A DNA stretch of 64,000 bases from an uncultured Armatimonadetes bacterium (GTDB lineage Bacteria; Armatimonadota; UBA5829; DTJY01): contig OY970325.1 in NCBI GenBank assembly GCA_963717145.1, positions 1,216,001 through 1,280,000 of the forward strand, in the 5' to 3' direction. The notes under the pieces are model-generated. The model was not told where the DNA came from. It made no database searches and worked only from the letters and a program-made list of their open reading frames with translations. Shown here one piece after another: positions 17,629 to 28,356 of the stretch. A program made the translations under genes and the position numbers. Each line of letters begins with the position of its first letter. Position 1 is the first letter of the stretch.

Positions 17629-17807
17629 CCGTAGGGGAGGCCTTCAACGGCCTCCTTCGCGGGCGACCGTTGAAGGTCGCCCCTACGGCTTGCGGACAAG
17701 GGCGACCGTTTGAGGTCGCCCCTACGGGCTACTGGAGGCGGGCGACCGTTGAAGGTCGCCCCTACGGCTTACCGGAGACGGACGGCCATTCAGGGCCGCC
17801 CATACAG
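17629..17807. repeat. cluster of GTAG-type REP family B units (GGGCGACCGTTGAAGGTCGCCCCTACGG)
   Basis: Three near-identical direct units plus degenerate copies; same family at 24011 and 28261. Confidence 0.85.
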
Positions 17808-17835
17808 CTTGTGAGCAACTCGGAGGTACCCACGC

Positions 17836-18765
17836 ATGGGAACTGCAATCCAGATAGACGGTCTCACCAAGACCTTTCGCTTGCTGATGCAGAAGACACC
17901 CGTAAAGGCGGTCGATGACCTGAACCTCGAGGTCCATCAGGGTGAGATCTTCGGCTTCCTCGGGCCCAACGGAGCGGGCAAGACTACCACGATCAAGATG
18001 CTCCTGGGCATCATCTTCCCCACATCCGGTTCCGCCCACATCCTGGGAAAGCCGGCGGGCGACATCGAGACCAAGAAGCACATCAGCTACCTGCCCGAAA
18101 GCCCTTATTTCTACGAACATATGTCGGGCCAGGAGCTTCTCGATTTCTACGGGCGCATCTTCGGCCTCTCTCATTCGGTAAGGCAGCAGAAGATCGAGGA
18201 TCTGCTCAGGACCGTCGGGCTGTACGCAGACAAAACCAAGCCGTTGAGCCAGTACTCGAAGGGGATGCTGCAGAGGATCGGCATCGCTCAGGCGCTGATC
18301 AACGATCCCCAGGTTCTGATATTCGATGAGCCGACTTCAGGCCTCGATCCGATCGCTCACATGGACATCCGCGATCTGATCCTCGATCTGAAGGCTCAGG
18401 GGAAGACCGTATTCCTCAGTTCACACCAGCTATCCGATGTCGAGATGGTCTGCGACCGAGTATCGATCCTGAACCGAGGCAAGCTGCTGAAAGTTGGCAG
18501 TCTGTGCGACCTGCTCGCAGGCGGTAAGGTTGAGATCACAGCTACGGGACTCGATGACTCGGCGGTAAAGAGGCTGGAGTCATGCTGTGCGGCCCTGGAA
18601 TACCGAAACGACTGCATTGTCATCCTGCAGCCGGAGGGGCCGACGGTCAATGAGACGATCGACGCCATCAGGTCGGCAGGCGGACACATAATATCAGTTG
18701 TCCCTCTGAAGAGAACGCTGGAGGACCTTTTCGTCGAAGTCATCCGGGAGGGCAACAAGCAGTGA
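17836..18765 (+). CDS. ABC transporter ATP-binding protein
   Basis: GPNGAGKTT, YSKGMLQR and IFDEPT motifs. Confidence 0.92.
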   Translation: MGTAIQIDGLTKTFRLLMQKTPVKAVDDLNLEVHQGEIFGFLGPNGAGKTTTIKMLLGIIFPTSGSAHILGKPAGDIETKKHISYLPESPYFYEHMSGQELLDFYGRIFGLSHSVRQQKIEDLLRTVGLYADKTKPLSQYSKGMLQRIGIAQALINDPQVLIFDEPTSGLDPIAHMDIRDLILDLKAQGKTVFLSSHQLSDVEMVCDRVSILNRGKLLKVGSLCDLLAGGKVEITATGLDDSAVKRLESCCAALEYRNDCIVILQPEGPTVNETIDAIRSAGGHIISVVPLKRTLEDLFVEVIREGNKQ

Positions 18766-19538
18766 ACATACTCGTTATCGCTAAGACCACATTCAACGAA
18801 GCTCTGAGGAAGAAGATCATCAACGTCTTCCTGCTGGTTGCGCTGGCGCTCATCGTCTTCTCCGTATCATTCACGTACTTCAGCGCGAGGCAGGAGATGA
18901 CCATCATCAAGAGCCTCGGACTCGGGATCATCGCCATCGCAGGGATGTTCATCAGTGTCGTACTCGGCATAAACCTGATTCCCGCCGAGATCGAGAAGCG
19001 AACGATCTACACGATCCTCGCGAAACCAGTCAAGCGTCATGAGTTCCTGCTCGGGAAATTCCTTGGCGGGACTCTCACGATGCTGCTGAATCTCGTGCTG
19101 ATGACGTTCGTGTTCATGCTCACAGTCGCCTACAAGAGCAACTGGGTACCGGACTGGGCGCTCCTCAAGGGCAGTCTCATGATCTTCTTTCAGTTGTTCC
19201 TGCTCGGCTCGGTGGCGGTCTTCTTCTCGATCTTCACGACACCGGCTGTCAACTTCTTCATGACATCGGCAGTGTATATCATCGGCAGCCTGTCGGATGT
19301 CACACAGGCCATGATGAGGAGTCAGAATGCCAATCCCATAGCAAAAGGCTTCTACTGGCTGATGCACTACCTCGTGCCGAATTTCGCCAACTTCTTCACG
19401 CAGAACCCGCTGATCAACCCGGGAGTGGTGATCAAGAACGAGGCGGTCTACTATGCCGAGAACATCCTCTACGCGCTGATCTACGTGTCGGTCCTGATGA
19501 TCATCGCGATTCTGGTGTTCGACAAGCGGGAAGTATGA
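18762..19538 (+). CDS. ABC-2 type permease
   Basis: Hydrophobic segments; EIEKRTIYTILAKPV motif. Confidence 0.88.
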   Translation: MNILVIAKTTFNEALRKKIINVFLLVALALIVFSVSFTYFSARQEMTIIKSLGLGIIAIAGMFISVVLGINLIPAEIEKRTIYTILAKPVKRHEFLLGKFLGGTLTMLLNLVLMTFVFMLTVAYKSNWVPDWALLKGSLMIFFQLFLLGSVAVFFSIFTTPAVNFFMTSAVYIIGSLSDVTQAMMRSQNANPIAKGFYWLMHYLVPNFANFFTQNPLINPGVVIKNEAVYYAENILYALIYVSVLMIIAILVFDKREV

Positions 19539-19548
19539 GGTAACCGAG

Positions 19549-20763
19549 ATGAAGCAAAGCTCCAGGATACTGCTGCTCCTCGTCGTCATAGCCCTGCTTC
19601 CCGCGGTTGTGAAGCTGCAGTCCATCATCGATCCGCAACGGAAGCAGTTTCTCCCTGACCGGGAGATAGTTTCGTCAGTGGTCGTTGAAGTGGGGAACAA
19701 CCCGGTTGTGCTGCCCAGCCAGTTCGTGGCAGGGGCCGTCATCGGGTTCCGGGAAGTGATCGCCGGCCTGCTCTGGGTTCGGGCCAACGACTTCTTCCAC
19801 TCAGGCAACTACGAGGCAATCGTCCCTCTCACCCGCATGGCGACCTGGCTGGATCCGCATCAGATCGACGTGTACTCGGTTGGCGCATGGCATCTGGCCT
19901 ACAACTTCATCGATTCTCAGAACCGGGCGGACCGCCGTTACCTGCTCCCCGCGATCAAGTTCCTCGAGGAAGGCATCGAGAACAACCCAAACCTCTGGGA
20001 CCTCTATTTCGAGGAAGGCTTCACAATGTACTATTGGAAGAAGCAGGACTACGTCCAGGCGACCCACTGGATGAATGAGGCCGCGGAGAGGAAGCCGCCA
20101 TACTACGTCCACACGCAGGTTGCCCACGCATATGAGAGAACCGGCGATATAGACAAGGCGATCGAGCAGTGGAAGAGAGTTATCGCGATCACGGATGCGG
20201 CTCTGAAGAGGAACCCGAATGACAGGAACGCGTGGCAGATCAGAGAGGTGGGGAGACGCAACCACGACCTTACCGTCATACGCAAGGTGCTGCGAGCCAA
20301 GGGGGCCGAGCATCCGGTGGATGTAGGCTTCGATGCCACGTTCCAGCGACTGGCCCCGCGTGTCTTCCGAATATCAGGACACATGAACATCACGGACGGA
20401 GCCCGAGTGGAGATGTCCCTGGTCGATGCTGACTACAAAGAGCCGACCCTGACCAAGTTCTCGTGGGAGGTAGACCCCAGGACAACCATCATCTACGACG
20501 GAGGGGTCAACGGAATCTCGGTCGAGAACGGCAGGTTCGACAGGATCTATGATGTCAGCAGAGACCTGAAGATGCACCCTCTGGCAAAGGAAGACTACAT
20601 CCTGACGATCTCATTCAATGCGAGGAACTCCACTCAGGACATCAAGGACATGACGGGATGGAGCGGCGAAGGCATCACCGACAAGAGATACCTCGACACC
20701 TCCACGCCGGGCCTTCGGGTGATCAAGAAAGTCATCAAGTTGAAGCGAGCGGACATCATCTGA
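19549..20763 (+). CDS. membrane-anchored TPR-like protein associated with the ABC transporter
   Basis: N-terminal hydrophobic segment; GFREVIAGLLWVRA, LDPH, AWHLAYN and FLEEGIENNP helical-repeat motifs. Confidence 0.65.
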   Translation: MKQSSRILLLLVVIALLPAVVKLQSIIDPQRKQFLPDREIVSSVVVEVGNNPVVLPSQFVAGAVIGFREVIAGLLWVRANDFFHSGNYEAIVPLTRMATWLDPHQIDVYSVGAWHLAYNFIDSQNRADRRYLLPAIKFLEEGIENNPNLWDLYFEEGFTMYYWKKQDYVQATHWMNEAAERKPPYYVHTQVAHAYERTGDIDKAIEQWKRVIAITDAALKRNPNDRNAWQIREVGRRNHDLTVIRKVLRAKGAEHPVDVGFDATFQRLAPRVFRISGHMNITDGARVEMSLVDADYKEPTLTKFSWEVDPRTTIIYDGGVNGISVENGRFDRIYDVSRDLKMHPLAKEDYILTISFNARNSTQDIKDMTGWSGEGITDKRYLDTSTPGLRVIKKVIKLKRADII

Positions 20764-20788
20764 CTCGCTGGTAATATTCCCCGCCACC

Positions 20789-20797
20789 TGGTATAAT
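20789..20797 (+). promoter_or_regulatory. extended -10 promoter upstream of the SRP RNA
   Basis: TGGTATAAT. Confidence 0.5.
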
Positions 20798-20813
20798 ATC
20801 GTGTTGATTTGAG

Positions 20814-20886
20814 CGCTGGGGTCAGGAGTACAACGCCTGACCAACACAAAGTCGTTGGGTCAGGAGTTGTACTCCTGACCCCAGCG
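20814..20886. repeat. REP-like palindrome, family D (GGAGTACAAC/GTTGTACTCC)
   Basis: CGCTGGGGTCAGGAGTACAAC...GTTGTACTCCTGACCCCAGCG; related units at 30163 and 62587. Confidence 0.8.
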
Positions 20887-20897
20887 TTGCGAAGGTT

Positions 20898-21169
<272 letters not shown>

Positions 21170-21183
21170 TTGTTTGGAAGATC

Positions 21184-21217
21184 TGCAGTACCCGGAGCAG
21201 TCCGGGTACTGCATTTT
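21184..21217 (+). terminator. terminator after the SRP RNA
   Basis: TGCAGTACCCGGA-GCAG-TCCGGGTACTGCA-TTTT. Confidence 0.7.
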
Positions 21218-21263
21218 AGTGTAGTGGCCGCGCCTCAGTGCCGGCCCGCACAGGGTTGATCTC

Positions 21264-22889
21264 ATGTCGCACATTGCGCTTTACCGAAAATACCGATCGC
21301 AGACCTTCCAGGACGTCATCGGCCAGGACCACATCACCCGGACGCTTCAGAACGCCATCCGTCAGGAGAAGATCAGTCACGCCTACCTGTTCTGCGGCAC
21401 ACGAGGAACCGGCAAGACCACAACCGCCCGACTCCTCGCCAAGGCGCTCTGCTGCGAGAAGGGGCCAACACCTGAGCCGTGCAACGAGTGCGACGCGTGC
21501 CTCAGCATTACCGGTGGGAGCGCGGTAGACATCGTCGAGTTGGACGCGGCGTCGCACCGAGGAATCGATGACATCAGGGACATCAGGGAAAACGTCAAGT
21601 TTCCACCGATGGCACTCCGCTACAAGGTGTTCATCATCGACGAGGCCCACCAGCTCACGAGGGAAGGCAAGGACGCGTTCCTGAAAACCCTGGAGGAGCC
21701 GCCGGCTCATGCGATCTTCATCCTCGCGACCACTGAGCCGCACAACATCCCGATCACCATTCGCTCGAGGTGTCAGCAGTTCGACTTCCGGCGCGGCTCG
21801 CTCGCGGATATTCGATCGAGAATGAAGTACGTCTGCGAAAATGAGGGGATCGAGGCGGATGACGCGGCGCTCGATATTATTGCAATGGACGCGGACGGCT
21901 CGTACCGGGATTCGCTGAGTCTTCTGGAGCAGGTGCTCTCATACACAGAGGGGCGGTTGACTCCGGAAGATGTGTACGCGGTACTCGGGACGGTCACCCA
22001 GGACTTCCTCTTCCGCATGGCCGATATGATCTCTTCAGGCGACGAGGCGGGCGCATTCGAAGCGGCCCGGGAGGCGGCTGAGTCCGGCAAAGATCTCCGC
22101 CAGCTCATGCGCTCGATGGCGGATCATTTTCGCAACCTGCTCTTCGCGACCGTCACGACTGACAAGGACTCCCGCGCATTCTCCGGCGATGTCTTCTCCC
22201 GCCTCAGGGAACAGGCCGACGGATTCAAAAAGGCGAGGCTTCTCCGGATCATCGAGACCTTCTCCGAGATGGAGCAGAACACTCGATTCGCCGAGCGACA
22301 TAAACTGCTGCTCGAGATGGCGCTGCTGAAGGCAATCGAAACGGCTCAGGGAGTCGCACCTGCGCCGACGGCGGCGGAACCCGCTGAGACCACCGCATCG
22401 CCGGTGAAGCCCCCTCCCCCGCCCAGGCAGCCGGTCCGACCGAAACCCGCGGCCGACGTTCCGGCTCCTGAATCGGCTCTGCCGGCGCCCGTGTCAGGCG
22501 AGCAGAAGCTCCCGGAATTTGGTACAATAGTTCAGAAGTGGAACGTGGTCCTGCAGACCATAAAGAGCATCTACGTACCCGCCCACGCACTGCTCTCCAA
22601 TGCGGTTCCCGGGGCTATCAGGGATGGCGCGATCGTCATCCACTTTGAGCACCCGGCCCACGCCACGATGCTGGACAACGAGCCCAGCAAAGCCAAGAAG
22701 AAGGCCCTGCAGACCGCTATCGAACGCGTCTTCGGCGTCGCGAACGTCGGCATAGTCTGCGAGGTCGTCAAGAAAGCGCCCGCGGAACCCGAGCTTGCGC
22801 TCGAGACCCCGGAGGTGGCGACCCCGGAGCAGGATACGGCGCTTCAGGACGTGCTGGACATTTTTAACGGTCAGATAGTGGACGATTAG
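21264..22889 (+). CDS. dnaX: DNA polymerase III subunit gamma/tau
   Basis: ALYRKYR, GTRGTGKT, IIDEAH and SRC motifs. Confidence 0.95.
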   Translation: MSHIALYRKYRSQTFQDVIGQDHITRTLQNAIRQEKISHAYLFCGTRGTGKTTTARLLAKALCCEKGPTPEPCNECDACLSITGGSAVDIVELDAASHRGIDDIRDIRENVKFPPMALRYKVFIIDEAHQLTREGKDAFLKTLEEPPAHAIFILATTEPHNIPITIRSRCQQFDFRRGSLADIRSRMKYVCENEGIEADDAALDIIAMDADGSYRDSLSLLEQVLSYTEGRLTPEDVYAVLGTVTQDFLFRMADMISSGDEAGAFEAAREAAESGKDLRQLMRSMADHFRNLLFATVTTDKDSRAFSGDVFSRLREQADGFKKARLLRIIETFSEMEQNTRFAERHKLLLEMALLKAIETAQGVAPAPTAAEPAETTASPVKPPPPPRQPVRPKPAADVPAPESALPAPVSGEQKLPEFGTIVQKWNVVLQTIKSIYVPAHALLSNAVPGAIRDGAIVIHFEHPAHATMLDNEPSKAKKKALQTAIERVFGVANVGIVCEVVKKAPAEPELALETPEVATPEQDTALQDVLDIFNGQIVDD

Positions 22890-22908
22890 CGAACCGACGG
22901 AGGATAAC

Positions 22909-23244
22909 ATGGCAAATCCATTCGGCAATCTCGGCAACCTCGGCGGCCTCATGAAGCAGGTCAAGAAGATGCAGGAAGACATGCAGAAAGCTCAGGCAGA
23001 ACTCGAGGAAGCTCGCGTCGAGGCCACATCGGGCGGCGGCATGGTCAAGGCAGTCGTGACCGGCAAAGGGGAACTGGTGGAGATCAAGATCGATCCCCAA
23101 GCAGTTGACCCGGACGACGTGGAGATGCTGCAAGACCTGATCATGAGCGCCGTCCATGAAGCGCAGGAGAATGCGGCAAAGTTCCAAGCCGACACCATGC
23201 AGGACATCACCGGAGGCATGGGCCTTCCGCCGGGGATGATGTAG
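22909..23244 (+). CDS. ybaB: YbaB/EbfC nucleoid-associated protein
   Basis: SGGGMVK and DDVEMLQDLI motifs; dnaX-ybaB-recR synteny. Confidence 0.93.
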   Translation: MANPFGNLGNLGGLMKQVKKMQEDMQKAQAELEEARVEATSGGGMVKAVVTGKGELVEIKIDPQAVDPDDVEMLQDLIMSAVHEAQENAAKFQADTMQDITGGMGLPPGMM

Positions 23245-23280
23245 GGAGTTGTCATTTTTCGCTTCGCTCCTGGGAAGATG

Positions 23281-23389
23281 CCCACCGTCAGTCCTGAGTG
23301 CGCCTCTGGGCGTGTAACGAAGGACAGCCCTGCTGCACCGAGCCGTCCTTCGTTACACGCCCAGAGGCGCACTCAGGACTGACGGTGGG
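23281..23389. repeat. REP-like palindrome (CCGTCAGTCCTGAG..GAAGGA family)
   Basis: Perfect 45-bp arms at 23281-23325 and 23345-23389. Confidence 0.85.
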
Positions 23390-23411
23390 GTCCAACCTGA
23401 TAGAGGAAAGA

Positions 23412-24008
23412 ATGCATTACGCAAAGCCGCTCGCGAGACTTGTGGGAGCACTGGAGAAGTTGCCGGGGATCGGACCGAAGTCCGCGCAGCGCGTGGCTTT
23501 CCACATCCTGCGCGCCTCCGCCGAGGATGCCCGCGAGCTTGCCGAAGCGATCAGCGAGGTCAAGGACAAGATAGTCCAGTGCAAGGTCTGCTTCAACCTG
23601 ACGGACCAGGAGACGTGCGATCTTTGCGCGAGCGATAAGCGGGACAAGTGCACCATCTGCGTCGTTGCCGAGCCGCGCGACGTGATCGCGATGGAGAAGA
23701 CGAACGAGTATCGAGGCGCTTACCACGTGCTCCAGGGAGTCATCTCCCCAATGGACGGAGTCACGCCCGAGATGCTCCGCATCCGCGAACTGCAGCAGCG
23801 AGTGGTGGACGATTCCGTCAGGGAGATCATCCTCGCGACCAATCCGACGATCGAGGGCGATACCACCGCCATGTACCTTGCAGGTATTCTGAAGCCTTTG
23901 GGCGTAAAGGTAACAAGGATCGCACACGGAATGCCTGTGGGCGGAGACCTCGATTACGCAGACCAGGCAACGCTTATCAAGGCGCTCGAGTGGCGCCGTG
24001 AAATGTAG
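23412..24008 (+). CDS. recR: recombination mediator RecR
   Basis: [12 protein letters not shown]4 zinc finger and Toprim motif (ATNPTIEG). Confidence 0.95.
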   Translation: MHYAKPLARLVGALEKLPGIGPKSAQRVAFHILRASAEDARELAEAISEVKDKIVQCKVCFNLTDQETCDLCASDKRDKCTICVVAEPRDVIAMEKTNEYRGAYHVLQGVISPMDGVTPEMLRIRELQQRVVDDSVREIILATNPTIEGDTTAMYLAGILKPLGVKVTRIAHGMPVGGDLDYADQATLIKALEWRREM

Positions 24009-24010
24009 CT

Positions 24011-24094
24011 CTCGACATTCCGTAGGGGCGATCCTTCAACGGTCGCCCGGTTCGTTGGGCGACCGTTGAAGGATCGCCCCTACGGAATGTCGAG
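24011..24094. repeat. REP family B doublet
   Basis: Perfect 38-bp arms containing CCGTAGGGGCGATCCTTCAACGGTCGCCC. Confidence 0.9.
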
Positions 24095-24121
24095 GGGTTG
24101 AACAAGAGAGGAGTCGTGAAT

Positions 24122-24703
24122 ATGCCAAATATGATGGAGATCCGCTGGCACGGACGCGGCGGACAGGGAGCGAAGACCGCCGCCCTGCTCGTCGGAGATG
24201 CCGTGCTCTCACAGGGGAAGCACATGCAGGCTTTCCCGGAATACGGACCGGAGAGAATGGGCGCACCCGTTCAGTCGTATAACCGGATCAGCGATGCGCC
24301 GATCACGCTTCACTGCCACGTGACCAATCCGTCGGTGGTGGTCGTGCTCGACCCAACGCTGATAGGTGCGACCGACGTGACGGCGGGCCTGCCGGATGAT
24401 GGAGTCATTATTATCAATACTGACCAGCCCGCGTCCTTCTTTCGCGACAAGCTGGGCCTCAAGAACGCCCAGAAGCTGTACACTGTTGACGCATCCAAGA
24501 TCGCCCGGGAAACCATCGGGCGCGATATCCCCAATACACCCATGCTGGGGGCGCTCGTTCGGGTCACCGGAATGCTGGACTTCGACGCGATGCTGGAGGA
24601 TACCAAGCACAAGTTGGAGAAGAAGTTCCGATCGAAACCCGGAGTCGTTGAAGGCAACGTCAAAGCCATCCAGAGGGCTTCCGAGGAGGTAAACTCAGAT
24701 TGA
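24122..24703 (+). CDS. porG: pyruvate:ferredoxin oxidoreductase gamma subunit
   Basis: EIRWHGRGGQGAKT and FPEYGPERMGAP motifs. Confidence 0.9.
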   Translation: MPNMMEIRWHGRGGQGAKTAALLVGDAVLSQGKHMQAFPEYGPERMGAPVQSYNRISDAPITLHCHVTNPSVVVVLDPTLIGATDVTAGLPDDGVIIINTDQPASFFRDKLGLKNAQKLYTVDASKIARETIGRDIPNTPMLGALVRVTGMLDFDAMLEDTKHKLEKKFRSKPGVVEGNVKAIQRASEEVNSD

Positions 24704-25911
24704 GTACTCAGAACGTTAGAGAGAGAATAGCTCTGACCGGTAACGAGGCCGCGTCACTTGCTATGAAGCAGATCAATCCCGACGTCTGCGCGGCATACCC
24801 AATCACGCCTGCGACCGAGATCATGCAGATCTTCGCGCAGTACGTGGCAGACGGTCTGGTCGATACGGAACTCGTAACAGTCGAGAGCGAACACAGTGCC
24901 ATGAGCGCCACGATCGGCGCGGCGGCGGCGGGCGCTCGCTCCATGACGGCAACATCATCCCAGGGCCTGGCTCTGATGTGGGAGATGCTCTACATCGCAT
25001 CGGGTCTTCGGCTGCCGATCGTCATGCCGATGGTCAACCGCGCGCTCAGCGCCCCGATCAACATCCACTGCGATCACAGCGACTCGATGGGCGCTCGTGA
25101 CGCCGGCTGGATTCATATCTTCTGCGAGAATGGGCAGGAAGCATACGACAGCACCATCCAGGCGATGCGCATTTCCGAGCACCCGGACGTCCTGCTACCC
25201 TCCATGGTGAACTTCGATGGCTTCATCATCAGCCATGCCATGGAGCCGGTCGATACCCTGGACGATACGGATGTCGCCAGGTTCATCGGTCCGTACAAGG
25301 CGCCCTACCAGCTTCTCGACGTGGACCACCCCATCACAGTCGGGGCGATCGACCTGACCGACTACTACTTCGAGCACAAGCGGTCCCAGGTTGAGCCGAC
25401 GTTCGGGGCATGGAAGATCATCGAGCAGGTAGGCGAGGAGTTCGGCCGGAAGTTCGGGCGCAAGTACGGCCTCTTCGAGGAGTACATGCTCGATGACGCG
25501 GAGATTGCGATTGTCGTCCTCGGTTCGACGGCCGGTACGGCAAAGGTCGTCATCGATCAACTCAGAGCGAAAGGCGTCAAGGCCGGCATGCTCAAGACTG
25601 CGCATCTTCCGCCCGTTCCCGCATAAGCAGATCGCAGAGGCACTGAGCGGCATGAAGGCAGTCGCGGTACTCGACCGCTCGAGGGCATGGCGAGCATGGG
25701 CGGCCCGGTCTTCGCGGAGATCCGCTCGGCCCTGTACGACTACGAGAAGCGTCCGATCACCGTGAACTACGTCTACGGACTGGGCGGGCGGGACATCACC
25801 CTGGCACACATCGGCAGCGTCTACAGTGACCTGCAGAGGCTGGCCGCGGAGGGAAAGCCCTGTGTCGATTCGATCAGCGACCTGGTCACGTACCTGGGCG
25901 TGAGGGAGTAA
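24700..25911 (+). CDS. porA: pyruvate:ferredoxin oxidoreductase alpha subunit (frameshifts near 25600 and 25680)
   Basis: AYPITPAT, ESEHSA and TATSSQG motifs; RPFP and YGLGGRD lie in later frames. Confidence 0.88.
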
Positions 25912-25925
25912 CGGAGGATAATCGT

Positions 25926-26853
25926 ATGGCAACTCTGAAGGAACTAGCGAAAAAGGGAGAATTCCTGTCCGGCGGACATCGAGCCTGCGCGGGATGCACT
26001 TTCCCTCGATAATCAGGCAGGCGCTGTCGGCGGCGGAGACCCCTGTCGTCGTCGGCGCGGCCACGGGCTGCCTGGAAGTGACGACGACGATCTTCCCCTA
26101 CACCGCGTGGAAGGTCCCGTTCATCCACAGCGCGTTCGAGAACGCCGCTGCCACCATGAGCGGCGTCGAGGCGGCCTACCGCTCGCTGAAGAGACAGGGC
26201 AAGTATGACAAAGATGTCCGCTTCATCGCATTCGGCGGCGACGGCGGCACCTACGACATCGGCCTCCAGTCGCTCTCGGGGGCGATGGAGCGCGGGCACC
26301 ACATGTTCTACATCTGCTACAACAACGAAGCGTACATGAACACCGGCATCCAGCGATCGAGCGCGACTCCGCATCGGCGCACACACGACCACTTCGCCGA
26401 CCGGGGCGGCTTCGAGCCGGCAAGAAGCAGTTCCGCAAGGATCTGACCGCAATCCTGATCGCGCACAACGTTCCCTACGTGGCACAGGCGTCCCCAAGCC
26501 ACTGGAACGACCTCGTCACCAAGGTGCAGAAGGCGCTGGCGGTCGACGGCCCGAGCTTCATCAACGTTCTGATGCCTTGCCGGCTCGGTTGGGCATTCGA
26601 TCCAAAGAACAGCATGGAGATCGCGCGAGATGCCGTGAACACCTGCTACTGGCCGCTCTATGAGGTCGTGGACGGCAACTACCGAATAACGTACACGCCG
26701 AAGGAGAAGCTCCCGGCTGTGGACTTCATGAAGCAGTTGACGAAGTTCCGCCATCTGTTCCAGCCCGGCAACGAAGCGATCGTCGAGAGTCTGCAGGGCG
26801 AGATCGACCGCCGCTGGGAAAGGCTCCAGAAGTTCGCGGCGATGGAGTTTTAG
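25926..26853 (+). CDS. porB: pyruvate:ferredoxin oxidoreductase beta subunit (frameshifted)
   Basis: [25 protein letters not shown] and NEAYMNTG motifs spread across frames. Confidence 0.88.
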
Positions 26854-26875
26854 TCTGAGATAAGGTGAGGGCGAC

Positions 26876-27070
26876 ATGCCAAAGTCAAGTGACGTGCAGT
26901 TCATAGTTGATCGGCGTGGCAGGAAGAGATCCGTCGTCATGAGTTACGGGACGTACAGACGCTTGATGGAGGATATTGCCGATCTCCAGTCGATTGAAGA
27001 CCGGAAACATGAGAAGCCGGAGAGCCTCGAATCGGTGATAGCAGAGCTTAAGGATGCCGGACGAATATAG
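26876..27070 (+). CDS. putative type II antitoxin
   Basis: 64 aa (QFIVDRRG...SVVMSY..Y..LMEDIADL); overlaps the toxin gene. Confidence 0.65.
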   Translation: MPKSSDVQFIVDRRGRKRSVVMSYGTYRRLMEDIADLQSIEDRKHEKPESLESVIAELKDAGRI

Positions 27071-27317
27071 TGTCGAGATAGTGCCTTCCGCCCGCAAGGA
27101 ACTGGAATCAGTCCATGACCCTGTGTTGAGGAGAATTGTCGACGCTTTGGTCGATCTGTCTCGTAATCCGAGATCGGCCGCCTGCAGGAAGCTGGTAGGC
27201 AGCCAGTCGCGCTATCGTTGCCGTGCCGGTGACTTCAGGATCGTATATGAAATAGTCGAAGCATCCAAGGTGGTGCGAGTGTTTCGAATCCGCCACCGAA
27301 AAGACGCGTACAAATGA
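27054..27317 (+). CDS. RelE/ParE family toxin
   Basis: SARKEL...NPR...KLVG...YRCRAGDFRIVYEI...IRHRKDAY. Confidence 0.85.
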   Translation: MPDEYSVEIVPSARKELESVHDPVLRRIVDALVDLSRNPRSAACRKLVGSQSRYRCRAGDFRIVYEIVEASKVVRVFRIRHRKDAYK

Positions 27318-27349
27318 TCCGGATGCTTCGAGAATGAGGTGATTCAGGT

Positions 27350-28240
27350 ATGACAGATACACAGAACTCAACGTGGCGGACCAAGATCGGTCTGGCCGAA
27401 ATGCTCAAGGGCGGCGTCATCATGGACGTCACCAATGCGGATCAGGCGAAGATCGCCGAGGAAGCCGGCGCCACCGCCGTGATGGCCCTGGAGCGCGTCC
27501 CGTCCGATATTCGCAAGGACGGCGGAGTCGCCCGCATGGCCGACCCGAACGTGATCCTCGGGATCATGAAAGCCGTGACGATCCCCGTCATGGCCAAGGC
27601 TCGGATCGGCCATTTCGTCGAAGCACAGATACTCGAGTCCCTCGGCGTGGATTACGTCGACGAGAGCGAGGTCCTGACCCCGGCGGATGAGGCATTCCAC
27701 ATCGACAAGCATGCGTTCAAGGTGCCGTTCGTCTGCGGATGCAGGGACCTCGGCGAGGCGCTCCGACGCATCGGCGAGGGCGCGGCGATGATCCGCACTA
27801 AGGGCGAGGCGGGATCCGGCAACATCGTCGAGGCCGTGCGCCACATGAGAGCGGTTATGTCCGAGATGAGGCGGCTCAAGACCATGGCCCACGAGGAGTT
27901 GATGGCCTATGCCAAGAACCTCGGCGCACCGTATGAGCTGGTGGTCGAGATCGCGGAGACCGGCAAGCTGCCCGTGCCGAACTTCTCGGCGGGCGGCATC
28001 GCTACTCCCGCCGATGCGGCACTCATGATGCAGCTCGGCGCAGAGGCCGTGTTCGTCGGATCAGGCATCTTCAAGTCGGAGGATCCCGCTCCGCGCGCCA
28101 AGGCGATCGTGGATGCCACAACTCACTTCGACAAGCCGGAGATACTGGCCGAGCTGTCGAAGGGCCTCGGATCGGCGATGCCCGGCTTGGACATTCGTCA
28201 GCTAGCGGAGAACGAGCTTCTCTCCACGCGAGGGTGGTAG
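27350..28240 (+). CDS. pdxS: pyridoxal 5'-phosphate synthase lyase subunit
   Basis: [16 protein letters not shown] and GGIATPADA motifs. Confidence 0.97.
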   Translation: MTDTQNSTWRTKIGLAEMLKGGVIMDVTNADQAKIAEEAGATAVMALERVPSDIRKDGGVARMADPNVILGIMKAVTIPVMAKARIGHFVEAQILESLGVDYVDESEVLTPADEAFHIDKHAFKVPFVCGCRDLGEALRRIGEGAAMIRTKGEAGSGNIVEAVRHMRAVMSEMRRLKTMAHEELMAYAKNLGAPYELVVEIAETGKLPVPNFSAGGIATPADAALMMQLGAEAVFVGSGIFKSEDPAPRAKAIVDATTHFDKPEILAELSKGLGSAMPGLDIRQLAENELLSTRGW

Positions 28241-28260
28241 GGTACCTTTGATTTCGAGCG

Positions 28261-28342
28261 GACGTCCGTAGGGGCGATCCTTCAACGGTCGCCCTATACC
28301 GTGTCGGCGGGCGACCGTTGAAGGATCGCCCCTACGGACGTC
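28261..28342. repeat. REP family B doublet
   Basis: 34-bp inverted arms with the same core as 24011. Confidence 0.9.
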
Positions 28343-28356
28343 ACCAGGTATTTTCA

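Noticed and set aside
17629-17807. CRISPR array
   Set aside because: Spacers are only about 11-13 bp, the units match the dispersed GTAG REP family B, and no cas genes are present.
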